Below, piece by piece: positions 25,441 through 37,954 of a DNA stretch of 64,000 nucleotides. This DNA is from an uncultured Clostridia bacterium. GTDB lineage: Bacteria; Bacillota; Clostridia; TANB77; CAG-508. The translations under genes and the position numbers were made by a program. Under the pieces are notes generated by a model. It searched no databases. It was not told where the DNA came from and worked only from the letters and a program-made list of their open reading frames with translations. Positions within the stretch are counted from its first letter, which is position 1. Every line of letters begins with the position of its first letter. The stretch spans positions 36,535 to 100,534 of the forward strand of contig CANQPK010000001.1 in NCBI GenBank assembly GCA_947625685.1, given 5' to 3'.

Positions 25441-26575
25441 TTAATCTCCTAACGAAATTCCTATATTTCTAGCAGTTTTTACTAGGTCATCATCCATTGT
25501 AACTCTTCTTAAATTACTCTCTTTTGTATTTCCAGAAACTGCACCTATTTCTTTATTTTTACCTACTACTTTTTCTAGTGGAACTGAACTTAACTTTCCA
25601 TTTTTCATAACTACCAAAACTCCAAATTTTCCTTCTAATGCCAATTCCATTGCCTTTGTTCCATATTCTGTTGATAGTACTCTATCATAAGCTGTTGGAG
25701 TTCCACCTCTTTGCATATATCCAAGTGTTGTATTTCTTGCTTCCAATCCTGTAAGTTTTTGAAGCTCTTGTGCAACCTTTTCTCCAATTCCACCAAGTTT
25801 AGTATTATCTACTCCTATTCCATTATCTCTTACATCTTTTACAGTTACTGTTCCGGTCTTTTGGAACTGCACCTTCTGCAACAACTACTAAGCTGAATCT
25901 TTTGCCTTTCTTTATTCTTTCTTTAATTTTCTTTGCTACCTTTTTTAAATCAAATGGTATCTCTGGGATTAGTGCTACATCTCCTCCACCTGCAATTGCA
26001 GACTCTAATGCTATCCAACCTGCATATCTTCCCATAACTTCTAGTACCATTATTCTATGATGCGTCTCTCCTGTTGAGTGAAGTCTGTCTAATGCTTCCA
26101 TTGCAACAGATACGGCTGTATTATATCCAAATGTTACATCAGTACAAGCAACATCATTATCTATTGTTTTTGGAACTCCTATTACATTTAATCCTTTTAA
26201 ATATAGATCTCTTGCTGACTTTTGAGTTCCATCTCCTCCTAATGTAAATATGCAATCAAAGCCATCCTTTTTAGCATTTTTTACACATACATCTGATAAG
26301 TCTTTATAAACTGTTTTTCCGTTTTCTTCTACTTTATAATTAAATACATTTGCATTTGTAGATGAACCTATTATTGATCCACCTTTATATAGAATTCCTG
26401 ATGCATTTGTATAAGAATCAAGTTTTATATAATTGTTTTCAAGTAATCCCTTATATCCTTCTATATATCCATAACATTTAATCCCATTTAATTCTGCCAT
26501 TTTTACAATTCCTCTAATAACAGCATTAAATCCTGAAACATCTCCACCATTTGCAAGTATTGCAACTTTTTTCAT
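25441..26575 (-). CDS. pfkA: ATP-dependent 6-phosphofructokinase; one +1 break
   Basis: MKKVAILANGGDVSGFNAVIRG ... TLGGDGT. ORFs 25823..26575 and 25441..25884 overlap, and a C inserted before GG lies at plus 25852-25855. Confidence 0.8.
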
Positions 26576-26714
26576 TTTATCGTCCTCTTTTCTTTTTTAA
26601 TTTATTCGCTCTTATTATTATATCAATAATAAAAATAATTACAAGTTATTTTCTTGATTTTTATTGAAATTTTATTTTATTATTAAAGAGACACTGGTTA
26701 TCCAGTGTCTCTTT

Positions 26715-27854
26715 TTATCCAAATATTCCTTTTCTTCTTACAGGTGGTTGTTCATTCATAGTTTTTGCTAATTTTTCAAACAAATCTCTTTGTTCTTTTG
26801 AAAGCCTTTTTGGAGTTTGAACAATAACTGTAAATATAAAGTCACCTCTATAATTTCTATTTATACTAGTAAATCCTTTTTGTTTTATTCTAAATTTTGT
26901 ACCTGTTTGAGTTCCTTCTGGTATCTTAAATTTTTCATTTGTTCCATCTACCATCGGGATTTCAATTTCAGCCCCAAGTGTTGCTTGTGTTACGGTAACA
27001 GGAATATCGCATAATATATGCTCATCTTTTCTTATATATATAGGGTGATGCTTGATATGTACCACTATATATAAATCACCTTTAGGTCCGCCATTTTGTC
27101 CTGGTGCTCCTTCATTTCTTAAAACGACAGTTTGACCATCATCTATTCCAGCTGGTATACTTACGGTTATTTTTGACTGTTTTCTTATTCTTCCTTTACC
27201 CCTACATTTTTCACAAACTTCGCGGATTACTTTTCCAGTTCCTCCACAATTTGTACATGTTCTTGATGTCTGCATTTGTCCAAATAGAGTCGTTTGCACT
27301 TGTCTTATTTGTCCTGTTCCCCCGCATACAGAACATGTATCTACTTTACTACCTGGCTTAGCTCCACTTCCATGACAAACATCACATATATCTTCTCTAG
27401 AAATATTTATCTGTTTTTTTACTCCTAAAAACGATTCTTCAAATGTAATTTCTATATCATGTCTTAAATCAGCGCCTTTGCTTGGTCCATTAGATGCTCG
27501 TGATGATTTTCTTCTTCCTCCGCCAAATATTGAAGATACAATATCATCTAAATCTATATCAAATCCGTCAAATCCAGAGGTAGAATATGAATAATATCCA
27601 TTTCCAGTTCCTCCGCCAAATCCCTGAGGCCCATTTGCTCCAAATTGATCATACATACTTCTTTTTTGTTTGTCAGATAAAGTTTCATAGGCCTCATTTA
27701 CTTCTTTAAATTTTGCTTCTGCTTCTTTTTTATTATCAGGATTTGCATCTGGATGATATTTTTTAGCAAGTCTTCTATATGCTTTTTTTATTTCCTCGTC
27801 TGTTGCTGTTTTGCTAACACCTAAGACTTCATAGTAGTCTCTTTTTTCAGCCAT
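26715..27854 (-). CDS. dnaJ: molecular chaperone DnaJ
   Basis: J-domain (HPD), G/F region and four CxxCxGxG zinc-finger repeats. Confidence 0.95.
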   Translation of the reverse strand: MAEKRDYYEVLGVSKTATDEEIKKAYRRLAKKYHPDANPDNKKEAEAKFKEVNEAYETLSDKQKRSMYDQFGANGPQGFGGGTGNGYYSYSTSGFDGFDIDLDDIVSSIFGGGRRKSSRASNGPSKGADLRHDIEITFEESFLGVKKQINISREDICDVCHGSGAKPGSKVDTCSVCGGTGQIRQVQTTLFGQMQTSRTCTNCGGTGKVIREVCEKCRGKGRIRKQSKITVSIPAGIDDGQTVVLRNEGAPGQNGGPKGDLYIVVHIKHHPIYIRKDEHILCDIPVTVTQATLGAEIEIPMVDGTNEKFKIPEGTQTGTKFRIKQKGFTSINRNYRGDFIFTVIVQTPKRLSKEQRDLFEKLAKTMNEQPPVRRKGIFG

Positions 27855-27868
27855 TCTTTTTTCTCCCT

Positions 27869-29734
<1,866 letters not shown>

Positions 29735-29807
29735 TCATCCTTTCTACAATAAAATTTAATTTAAAATCTTTTGTATAATATATATTTTAAAATTAATAGC
29801 TGAATTA

Positions 29808-30377
29808 TTATTGATTTACAATAACCATAGAATGTCTAATAACTTTGTCTCCTAATTTGTAACCTTTTCTAAATTCTTCTTTTATCTCTTTTTCTCCTAA
29901 AGAATCATCTTGAACCATACTTATTGCTTCGTGTAATTCTGGATCAAAAGTTTTTCCTACACTTTCAATCTGAGTAACTCCAAAAGAAGTAAGTACATCC
30001 ATATATTGTTTTAATACTAAATCTATACCTTGTTTATAGTTAGTATCTTGCGTTTCAGCATCTGCTGCTCTTTCAAGATTATCTAATACTGGTAGTAACT
30101 TACTTACTATATCTCCAAGTATTGATGAATATAGCATTTCTCTTTCTTTAGCATTTCTCTTTTTGAAATTATCAAATTCTGCCATAAGTCTTTTTAATCT
30201 ATCTGTCGTATTTTCTAATTCTTCTTGCATTTTTTGAACTTCTACATCTGATTTTTCTTCTTTGATTTCTGTCTTTGCATCTTTAACCTCTATTTTTTCT
30301 TCTTTAACTTCTTTTTCTAAATTTTCAGAATTTTTAATTTCTTCATTCACATTGTTATTTTCTTTCTGTTCTTCCAC
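29808..30377 (-). CDS. grpE: nucleotide exchange factor GrpE
   Basis: 189 aa with the GrpE coiled-coil and C-terminal beta domain, sitting between hrcA and dnaK. Confidence 0.9.
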   Translation of the reverse strand: MEEQKENNNVNEEIKNSENLEKEVKEEKIEVKDAKTEIKEEKSDVEVQKMQEELENTTDRLKRLMAEFDNFKKRNAKEREMLYSSILGDIVSKLLPVLDNLERAADAETQDTNYKQGIDLVLKQYMDVLTSFGVTQIESVGKTFDPELHEAISMVQDDSLGEKEIKEEFRKGYKLGDKVIRHSMVIVNQ

Positions 30378-30406
30378 TTATATCATGTCCTCCTTTGGTT
30401 TTATTA

Positions 30407-31435
30407 TTATTCTTTTTTGTCAAAATTATCATTTAACTTTTTACTAATATACTTCATAACTGAAATAACTTTTGAATAATTCATTCTTTTTGGTCCTATA
30501 ATTCCTATAGTTCCTAAATCTTTATCTCCAACTGAATGTTTAAATGTAACTATACTAAAATCTTTTAAATCTTCATTGTCATTTTCATCACCTATATATA
30601 TTTGTATATCTTCTGCAAATCCGGTATTTAAGATGTCTAACATTACCTCTTTAGTGTCTAGTATATTTACAAAGTTTTTAGCAAGTTCCAAACTTTTAAA
30701 TTCTGGTAACTCAAATGATTTATTTGCACCCTCAAGATATATTTTTTCTTCATCCTGAATTAATTTTTTCATCTGATCTATTATTGGCCTTATAATTTTT
30801 ATACTATATTTTAATTCTCTAAAAATATATTCTTCAAGTGAAGCATCTATTTTTTCAATTGGTTCTCCTTGAAGTTTATTATTGAAATAATAGTTTAATG
30901 TTTCCACTTGTTCTTCTGTAACATCTTCATCAAATTTTATAATGGTTTCTCTAACTAAGCCTGTATCTGTTACTATTATTCCCATTAGCATTCTTGCACC
31001 AAGAAGCACAAATTTAATTTCCTCAATATTTTGTCCTGAGGTTTTTGGTCCCACACTAACTGTTGTATAATGAGTAATTTCTGACAATGTAGTTGTTGCA
31101 ATTTTTGTAAGTTCCTCTATACTATCTGCTTTATTTTCTAATTTTTCTTGTATATATTTAATCTCTTCTAAACTTATATTGTCATATTTTAATAATTCAT
31201 CTACATATAATCTATATCCTTTTGCTGATGGAACACGACCACTTGATGTATGAGTTTTTTCAAGATATCCAAGTTTCTCAAGCTCTGCCATATCATTTCT
31301 AACTGTTGCTGAACTTATATTATTTTCATATTTTTCCACTATTATTGCTGAACTTACTGGTTCTGCACTGTCTATATATTCATCTACTATTTCTTTCAGT
31401 ATTTTTCGCTTACGCTCATCTAACATATCTTGCAC
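30407..31435 (-). CDS. hrcA: heat-inducible transcription repressor HrcA
   Basis: N-terminal wHTH (ERKRKILKEIVDEY). First gene of the hrcA-grpE-dnaK-dnaJ operon. Confidence 0.9.
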   Translation of the reverse strand: MQDMLDERKRKILKEIVDEYIDSAEPVSSAIIVEKYENNISSATVRNDMAELEKLGYLEKTHTSSGRVPSAKGYRLYVDELLKYDNISLEEIKYIQEKLENKADSIEELTKIATTTLSEITHYTTVSVGPKTSGQNIEEIKFVLLGARMLMGIIVTDTGLVRETIIKFDEDVTEEQVETLNYYFNNKLQGEPIEKIDASLEEYIFRELKYSIKIIRPIIDQMKKLIQDEEKIYLEGANKSFELPEFKSLELAKNFVNILDTKEVMLDILNTGFAEDIQIYIGDENDNEDLKDFSIVTFKHSVGDKDLGTIGIIGPKRMNYSKVISVMKYISKKLNDNFDKKE

Positions 31436-31441
31436 CTCCGT

Positions 31442-31468
31442 TTAGCACTCAATATTCTCGACTGCTAA
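31442..31468. promoter_or_regulatory. CIRCE operator (TTAGCACTC-N9-GACTGCTAA) in the hrcA 5' UTR
   Basis: Matches the CIRCE consensus TTAGCACTC-N9-GAGTGCTAA with one deviation. It lies immediately upstream of the hrcA RBS. Confidence 0.85.
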
Positions 31469-31469
31469 T

Positions 31470-31498
31470 ATGATACATCTTTTTTTAGCACTTGTCAA
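31470..31498 (-). promoter_or_regulatory. sigmaA promoter of the hrcA operon (TTGACA-17-TATCAT)
   Basis: Minus-strand -35 TTGACA (plus 31493-31498) and -10 TATCAT (plus 31470-31475), directly 5' of CIRCE. Confidence 0.6.
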
Positions 31499-31587
31499 TA
31501 CTTTTTGCTAAAATTGTTTAAGTTTTTGTCAATTATAAAAAATTATAAAATAAAAATAGAAAGACTTATAATAGTCTTATTTTTTTC

Positions 31588-31617
31588 TTGACATTTTCAC
31601 ATATATTATGCTACAAT
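31588..31617 (+). promoter_or_regulatory. promoter for the stand-alone tRNA (TTGACA-18-TACAAT)
   Basis: -35 at 31588-31593 and -10 at 31612-31617, about 13 nt before the tRNA 5' end. Confidence 0.5.
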
Positions 31618-31630
31618 TAATATAATTTAT

Positions 31631-31705
31631 GGCCCCTTGGTCAAGCGGTTAAGACGCCACCCTCTCAAGGTGGAATCATGGGTTCGATTCCCGTAGGGGT
31701 CACCA
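31631..31705 (+). tRNA. tRNA-Glu (anticodon CTC), CCA encoded
   Basis: 75-nt cloverleaf. Acceptor GGCCCCT/AGGGGTC, T-loop TTCGATT, anticodon stem CCACC/GGTGG with loop CTCTCAA (anticodon CUC). The backbone closely resembles Bacillus tRNA-Glu. Confidence 0.85.
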
Positions 31706-31716
31706 AAATTATATAA

Positions 31717-31760
31717 AAAAGTTTTCTTCAAAATATAAATGAAGAAAACTTTTTTATTTT
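31717..31760 (+). terminator. rho-independent terminator after the tRNA
   Basis: 13-bp perfect stem AAAAGTTTTCTTC/GAAGAAAACTTTT followed by TTATTTT. Confidence 0.85.
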
Positions 31761-31812
31761 ACTTAAATTCATAAAATAAGCTTGAGTTATATAAAGTTAT
31801 TTTTTATATAAC

Positions 31813-32190
31813 TTAAATACATTTATCTAGAATCTCTTTTAATCTATCTTCTTTTTTAGCTAAGTAAAGATATCCTATCAAACCCTCAAAAGCTGTAGAA
31901 TACATATATTCATTAACTTCTGCATTTTTTGGTAGATGATGATTTTTAGTATTTCTTGCTCTTTTTACTATCTCCTTTTCTTCATCTGTAAGATCATCTT
32001 CTATCTCCCTCAATATCTTTGCTTGTGCTGAAGCTTTAACATATTCTATTGCTTCAATATGTAACTTATGAGGTTTGTATTTAGTTGTTTTCACTAGCTT
32101 TTCCCTTATATATAATTCATATACAGCATCTCCAATATATGCCCATGTTAGTGGTGATAATTCATTTATTCTTTTTTCTAATTCGTCCAA
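31813..32190 (-). CDS. mrnC: Mini-ribonuclease 3
   Basis: LTWAYIGDAVYELYIR, the RNase III-like catalytic signature of Mini-III. Confidence 0.85.
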   Translation of the reverse strand: MDELEKRINELSPLTWAYIGDAVYELYIREKLVKTTKYKPHKLHIEAIEYVKASAQAKILREIEDDLTDEEKEIVKRARNTKNHHLPKNAEVNEYMYSTAFEGLIGYLYLAKKEDRLKEILDKCI

Positions 32191-32204
32191 TTTATTTCCT
32201 TTCG

Positions 32205-33099
32205 CTAATTACATTTTTCTAATGTAATCTTTCCTATTCTTCCTTCTCTAAAATCTTGTAATATTATATTAGAGACTTTTTTATTATCCACTCTTCCCCC
32301 TGAAATCAATGCTCCTCTATTTCTTCCTATTTGTTCCATTATTTCAATAATCGCTTTATTTTCTTCAGGTTGTTGAAGACTTTCTTCTATAGTATCTTTG
32401 TCTAGTTTATATTTTTCTGATAGTAAATCTAAATGATTATTTACTAAATATTTAAGCAAATAAAATGCAATTTCTTCTTTATCTATAATCTCATCTTTTA
32501 TTGTACCAGTAAATGCTAAATTAAATCCAACTTGTTCGTTTTCAAACTTAGGCCATAAAATTCCTGGTGTGTCCAATAATTCTATATTGTTTGCAATTCT
32601 AATCCATTGTTTTTTTACTGTGACTCCTGGTTTATTTCCAACTTTTGCAGTTACTCTTTTTGATATTCTATTGATAAAAGATGATTTTCCGTACATTTGG
32701 TATTCCTAAGACTAATACCCTTATAGTTTTATTTATGCGACCTTTTTTTGCATTTTCTTCTCTTGTATCTTGCATTATTTTTTCTATTTTGCTAATTGTT
32801 TCCCTTATCCCTGAACCTGTATTTGAATTTACAAGTACTGTCTCAATTCCCTGCTTTTTAAAATATTCTTGCCATTTCTTTGTTTCAGCTTCATTTGCCA
32901 AGTCATATTTATTTAAAATTATTATTCTCTTTTTTTTATTAATAATTTCTTTTATATCTGGGTTTTGACTAGATATAGGAATACGGGCATCTAATATTTC
33001 TATGACTACATCAATTAGTTTTAAATCTTCAACTATTTCTCTTTTAGCCTTTGCCATATGTCCTGGATACCAGTTAATGTTTATTTTATTATCATTCAT
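32205..33099 (-). CDS. rbgA: ribosome biogenesis GTPase A (YlqF/RbgA); one +1 break
   Basis: Circularly permuted GTPase. G4 (NKYD) precedes the G1 P-loop. Deleting the C at gtaCggaaaa (plus 32688-32691) restores GIPNVGKSSFINRISKR, and DTPG follows. Confidence 0.85.
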
Positions 33100-33190
33100 T
33101 ATTTTACTTCCTTCTATGACCCTATTAATTTTATCTTTATTATTTTAACACAAAAGCAAGCAATTTTCAACTAATTACTTGCTTTAAGAT

Positions 33191-33225
33191 AAATTTAGAT
33201 TGAATTCTAATTCAATCTAAATTAT
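33191..33225 (-). terminator. 14-bp perfect palindrome downstream of the MATE gene
   Basis: AATTTAGATTGAAT-tcta-ATTCAATCTAAATT. The T-tract is weak. Confidence 0.4.
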
Positions 33226-33268
33226 TTAGTCTTTTCATTTCTTCTTTACCCTCAGAAAATATTTTTAA

Positions 33269-34687
33269 TCATTTTGGTAGAACATACTCAGACTCACTAT
33301 TTAAACTTTCTATCTTCTTAATCTCACTTATAAGAAGTATTGCTCCTGTAATAAATGCCATCACGTCTGCTATTATTGCACTCCATAGCATTGTCACTAC
33401 ACTATGAGTTAAAGTTGCTATTATTGTAATTGCAGGTACAAAGAATATAACATCTCTAGCAAGAGCTAATAATGTAGATTTTAAGCCAGAGCCCATTGAT
33501 TGTAATAATATAGACATAGACTTAATTAAGCATGTAAGTATAATTCCACCTAAGAATGTATTTAAGCAGTATTTAGCATATTCTAAGTATTCAGCAGAGT
33601 TTCCACTACCAAAAATATTAATAATCAATGTTGGACATAATTCAAATAATATAAATGCTATAAATCCAATAATTAAATTACTTATTAAAATATATTTAAT
33701 TGTTTCTTTTACTCTCTTTATATTACCTGCTCCTATGTTATATCCAATAATTGGCATTCCTCCTAATGATACTCCTATAACAACAGATACAACTATTCCA
33801 AATACTTTCATGCATATACCAATAACTGCAAGTGGTGTTACTACTCCATAGGCTACACCAGTAGATGACATTGTCATATATCCATATTTTCCAACTAAAT
33901 TATTTGCAACTGCGATTATAACAACGATTGCAAGCTGAGTAATTAATGAAGCAAGACCTAAAGATATTATCTGCCTACAAATTTCTTTATTTAGTTTAAT
34001 TGATTCCTTATTTATTTTGAATGATTTAGGTTTTATTAAATATGCTATACTTACTATAAATGTTAATATTTGACCGATTATAGTCGCTATTGCTGCACCT
34101 TTAACACTCATTTTAAATACAAATATAAATATAGGATCTAAAATAATATTTGAGACTGCGCCAATAATTGTTGCAATCATTGCATACTTAGGGCTACCAT
34201 CACTTCTAATGGAAGCATTTAATCCTTGACCAATAATATAAAATGGTAATCCATAACAAATAATTCTTAAATAATCTTTTGCATATTGATAGCATTCTGT
34301 CTCATTAGGATTACCACCAAATAATGCTAATATTTGTTTACTAAATGTTAAACCAATAATCGTTAATATCACTGATATAAATACTAAGAATATTAAACCA
34401 TTTCCAATTGATTTATTTGCTTTTTCTTTATCCTTTGCTCCAGATGACAGATTAAATAATGCTGCTGATCCATCTCCTATCAACAATGCGAAGGCAAGTG
34501 ATATTACTGTAAATGGATAAACAATATTAGTTGCTGCATTGCCAAAAGCTCCAGCATCACTCCATCCTATAAATATTTGATCAACAATATTATACAAGGC
34601 TGCAACTATCATACTAATAACACATGGTATTGCAAACTTTTTAATTAATTTAGGAATTCTTTCTTTTCCTAAATCCAATTTTTCCAT
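33269..34687 (-). CDS. MATE family efflux transporter
   Basis: 472 aa with 12 TM segments and a typical MatE repeat pattern. Confidence 0.8.
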   Translation of the reverse strand: MEKLDLGKERIPKLIKKFAIPCVISMIVAALYNIVDQIFIGWSDAGAFGNAATNIVYPFTVISLAFALLIGDGSAALFNLSSGAKDKEKANKSIGNGLIFLVFISVILTIIGLTFSKQILALFGGNPNETECYQYAKDYLRIICYGLPFYIIGQGLNASIRSDGSPKYAMIATIIGAVSNIILDPIFIFVFKMSVKGAAIATIIGQILTFIVSIAYLIKPKSFKINKESIKLNKEICRQIISLGLASLITQLAIVVIIAVANNLVGKYGYMTMSSTGVAYGVVTPLAVIGICMKVFGIVVSVVIGVSLGGMPIIGYNIGAGNIKRVKETIKYILISNLIIGFIAFILFELCPTLIINIFGSGNSAEYLEYAKYCLNTFLGGIILTCLIKSMSILLQSMGSGLKSTLLALARDVIFFVPAITIIATLTHSVVTMLWSAIIADVMAFITGAILLISEIKKIESLNSESEYVLPK

Positions 34688-34715
34688 GATTATACCTCCT
34701 ACTAATTATTTTTAA

Positions 34716-34766
34716 GGCACAAAAAATACGTAAGTCCTTATACAATTGGACTTACGCATTTTTTGC
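34716..34766 (-). terminator. rho-independent terminator of the 34900..35361 gene
   Basis: 18-bp stem (one mismatch) CAAAAAATACGTAAGTCC/GGACTTACGCATTTTTTG followed by a T-run on the minus strand. Confidence 0.7.
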
Positions 34767-34899
34767 TACTCATTGTTTATAATTTGACTTAGTATACTTT
34801 TTATAGTGAAATTAATTATAACATAATTTTATTCTTTTTGTAAGTATAATTTTAAAATTTTTATAATTTAATTTTTCTAGATAGATGTATATATTTTAA

Positions 34900-35361
34900 T
34901 TAAAATTTATATTCGTTTCTATCTGCTCTTTCATCAAATTGTCTGTCATATTCCTTATTTTTATAAAACCAATCTGTCTTTTTGTCAACTGGGTGTGCTT
35001 TTCTGTTTTTATCTAGCAATATATCAAATAGTACAAGTATTGGTAATATTATGCCAATAAATGAAAATAATATGTCCATATAATTAAGCATACTTCCTGT
35101 TTGTGCATTTATTGCATTAAATATGTTAGTTCCAAAATATAACCCATTTCCTATTAAATAGATTATTGCTCCTAGCATGCTTCTTTTTATTACTAATATT
35201 ACTGACACAAATGTTAAAAACAATAATATTACTTCAAAATTTAAATCCATTGGCTGAGCAATAAAATCAATTCCTAAATTATAGCATACTGCAACTATTA
35301 TTCTAAATATCCAAAACATTACCATAAATATTACAAGTAAATATGTGGTTAAATTTTTCAT
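34900..35361 (-). CDS. hypothetical 4-TM membrane protein
   Basis: 153 aa, very hydrophobic, basic C-terminal tail. Confidence 0.45.
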   Translation of the reverse strand: MKNLTTYLLVIFMVMFWIFRIIVAVCYNLGIDFIAQPMDLNFEVILLFLTFVSVILVIKRSMLGAIIYLIGNGLYFGTNIFNAINAQTGSMLNYMDILFSFIGIILPILVLFDILLDKNRKAHPVDKKTDWFYKNKEYDRQFDERADRNEYKF

Positions 35362-35464
35362 ATGTTTTTCCTCCTTTATTATATAATTCTATCATAAACG
35401 AATTTTTTTATCAATAAAAGTAAAGAATATTTGTTGTAAATTTAATTTTTTAGGAGTATTTTGT

Positions 35465-36130
35465 ATGAATCAAATTATATGTACTAATCATTCAAATATA
35501 GAATTTGCAGATAATTATTTTAAGAAAAAGCATTTATTAAAACTTCAATTTTATATTTTAACCTTTATCGCAATTGTTCTTATTTTATGCTACATGTGCT
35601 TTAGATACAATTTGTATAAGACCGAAAAATTCTCTGCTGAATTAATAGATAATTTTAATATTTCTAAACTTTATTCAAATAATTCTAATTATACAGCAAA
35701 CCTAATTGATAAAAATATATATTTTTATGAAGGAGATACTTTTTCGGTTATAGGTATAATAAAAATTCCTAAGATAAATATAGTTTATCCAATATCATCA
35801 GAAATAAGCAATAAATTACTAAAAGTTGCTACTTGCAGATTTTATGGTCCTAATCCAAATGAAATTGGCAATCTTTGCATAGCAGCTCATAATTATAAAA
35901 ACTCATCCTTTTTTAGTAATTTATCAAATCTTACAAATGGTGATTTAATAACTATATATGATTCAAGCGGTAATTCTTTAGATTATATTGTATATAATAC
36001 TTATAAGTCAGCTTCGACAAATTTAGATTGCATAAACCAAAATACCAATAATAAGAGGATTTTAACTCTCGTTACTTGTAACACTTTTGACAATCATTAT
36101 AGGACTATTGTAAAAGCCGAATCAATGTAA
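35465..36130 (+). CDS. sortase family transpeptidase
   Basis: N-terminal TM. Catalytic His (AAHNY), the sortase TLxTC signature LTLVTC and a downstream Arg. Confidence 0.75.
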   Translation: MNQIICTNHSNIEFADNYFKKKHLLKLQFYILTFIAIVLILCYMCFRYNLYKTEKFSAELIDNFNISKLYSNNSNYTANLIDKNIYFYEGDTFSVIGIIKIPKINIVYPISSEISNKLLKVATCRFYGPNPNEIGNLCIAAHNYKNSSFFSNLSNLTNGDLITIYDSSGNSLDYIVYNTYKSASTNLDCINQNTNNKRILTLVTCNTFDNHYRTIVKAESM

Positions 36131-36139
36131 TATGAATAC

Positions 36140-36170
36140 AAAAAGAACAATTCTTTTGAATTGTTCTTTT
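36140..36170. terminator. bidirectional terminator between the convergent sortase and LPXTG genes
   Basis: AAAAGAACAATTC-ttttg-AATTGTTCTTTT flanked by A/T runs on both sides. Confidence 0.7.
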
Positions 36171-36201
36171 ATATAAACATCTTTATACATTTACAATTTA
36201 A

Positions 36202-36564
36202 TTATACATTATAATCTCTAACTTTTTTATAAGTATATATTGCAGCTACAACACTTGCTCCAATAATTACCCACATAATTGTATCATCTACTCCTGTTTT
36301 TGGTAAAGTTCCATTTGTGTTATTTCCTGCTCTGTTAGTAGTTCCTATTGTGTTTATTATATTAGTAGTATTATTTGCTGTGTTGTTTCCAGCTGTATTG
36401 CTGCTATTATTTAATTGATTTATTCTAGGAATATTATTATCATTACCTGTAGTTGGTAATTGATTTAAATCAACAGTAGATGCAAAGTTTATTGTTGATA
36501 TACAACATATTATAGCAACTAAAGCTATCATTACTAATGTTTTACTTAAACTAATCTTTTTCAT
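36202..36564 (-). CDS. small N/T-rich sortase substrate carrying two LPXTG motifs (LPTTG after the signal peptide; C-terminal LPKTG + TM + KKVRD sorting signal)
   Basis: Signal peptide, NQLPTTGNDNN, low-complexity N/T/G linker, then LPKTG with a hydrophobic stretch and a charged tail. Confidence 0.7.
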   Translation of the reverse strand: MKKISLSKTLVMIALVAIICCISTINFASTVDLNQLPTTGNDNNIPRINQLNNSSNTAGNNTANNTTNIINTIGTTNRAGNNTNGTLPKTGVDDTIMWVIIGASVVAAIYTYKKVRDYNV

Positions 36565-36662
36565 ATGACTCTCCTTTTATAATATATTATAAATTATCTA
36601 TTTATATTTATACTATATATTTAAAATTTTTGCAAGTGTTTTTTGCATTTTTTTGTATCTTT

Positions 36663-37926
36663 TTATAACTTTTTATCATTTTCTGTATCTTCTTTTATAA
36701 AATCTATTTTGCTATGCTTTGAAATAGGCTTGTCGCTCTTGCCATTTCTATATGTTGTTATTCCAAATCCAATAGCAACTCCGTGTAGTTATTAATATAG
36801 TAGAATATAGTATCATTACAGCACCATACTTACTCCATAATTCACCTATTTTAGATGTCTTCGTTTCTTCCACTATAGTATTTTGTGTTTCGTCTTGTGC
36901 CTCTAATTGCATTTTTGTTACTTTTATTTTATATTCTACAGAAGTCTCACCTTTAGTTAATTTTATAAGTATAATATTTTCGCCTTCAATAAGACCTGTA
37001 TTACCTGTAATTTCTATTTTAGCTTCTGGATCATTTGAAACTGCATTTACTTTTAATTCAGTTAAATCAAAGATATATGCAGAATACTCAAATAAATCTT
37101 CTCTAAAATCTGGTGAGATCTCTACTCCCTCTAATTGAAGAGATGTAAGCTTTAGTTCTTGTTCTTGTTTTTGTTCTTCATTATTAGGTTCATCAGGTAA
37201 ATTTGGTTCTTCTACTTCTTCTGCAAGTTTTACTACTGTAATTGTATATGTTTTTGTACTTCCATTTTCTGCTGTAACTTTTAAAGTAAATTTATTAGTT
37301 CCTGTTTTTAAATCTTTCGTTCCTGTACCTGAAACTTTTGCTTTTGAATTATTTACTGTAGCACTTATTTTTATTGATGAAGTACTACTACTTACATTAG
37401 GTGCAGTAATATTTGTACTTGGTTTTGAATAGGTTTTACCACCAACTGTAATAGATTTTAGTGTTGCATCTGATGATTTTGAAGAATTAGCGTTAGAAGT
37501 TTTTTCTCCTGAGCTACCACTGGAGCTTGGCGCTTTAACTGTTATCTCGAAAGTTTTTGATAATGAGAATTTTCCTTCATCATATCCAGAAGCTGTATAT
37601 GATTTGACGGTAATTGTTGCACTTCCAGCTTGTTTTGCAGTTACTGTATAGCTTCTACTATCTGTTTTTTCATATTCAGTATCAAACTCATCTTTTGATG
37701 AACTAACACTTACTATATTTGGATTTGAAGATGTTATTTCATATCCAATAAAACAATTTGTTGCTGTAACTGTTAATTTCGTAGTTTTCCCTACTTCTAG
37801 GTTAGTTGTACCTATGCTTGCGGATGCACTACCTTTAGCTGCATATATTTTCATTTGAGCAGTAGTTGTAAATATAACTACTAAAAATAGTATTAAAATT
37901 GCCTTATATAATATCTTTTTATTCAT
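36663..37926 (-). CDS. cell-surface protein with Ig-like and cadherin-like beta-sandwich domains and a C-terminal TM anchor; one +1 break near the C-terminus
   Basis: Signal peptide and repeated beta-sandwich modules (KSITVGGKTYSKP..., LTSLQLEGVEISPDF...). Deleting the C at acaCggagt (plus 36780-36783) gives the TM helix ILYSTILITTGVAIGFGITTY plus a basic tail, with the stop at 36663. Confidence 0.6.
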
Positions 37927-37954
37927 TAATTTTTCTTTCCTTTCATTTTAAATT

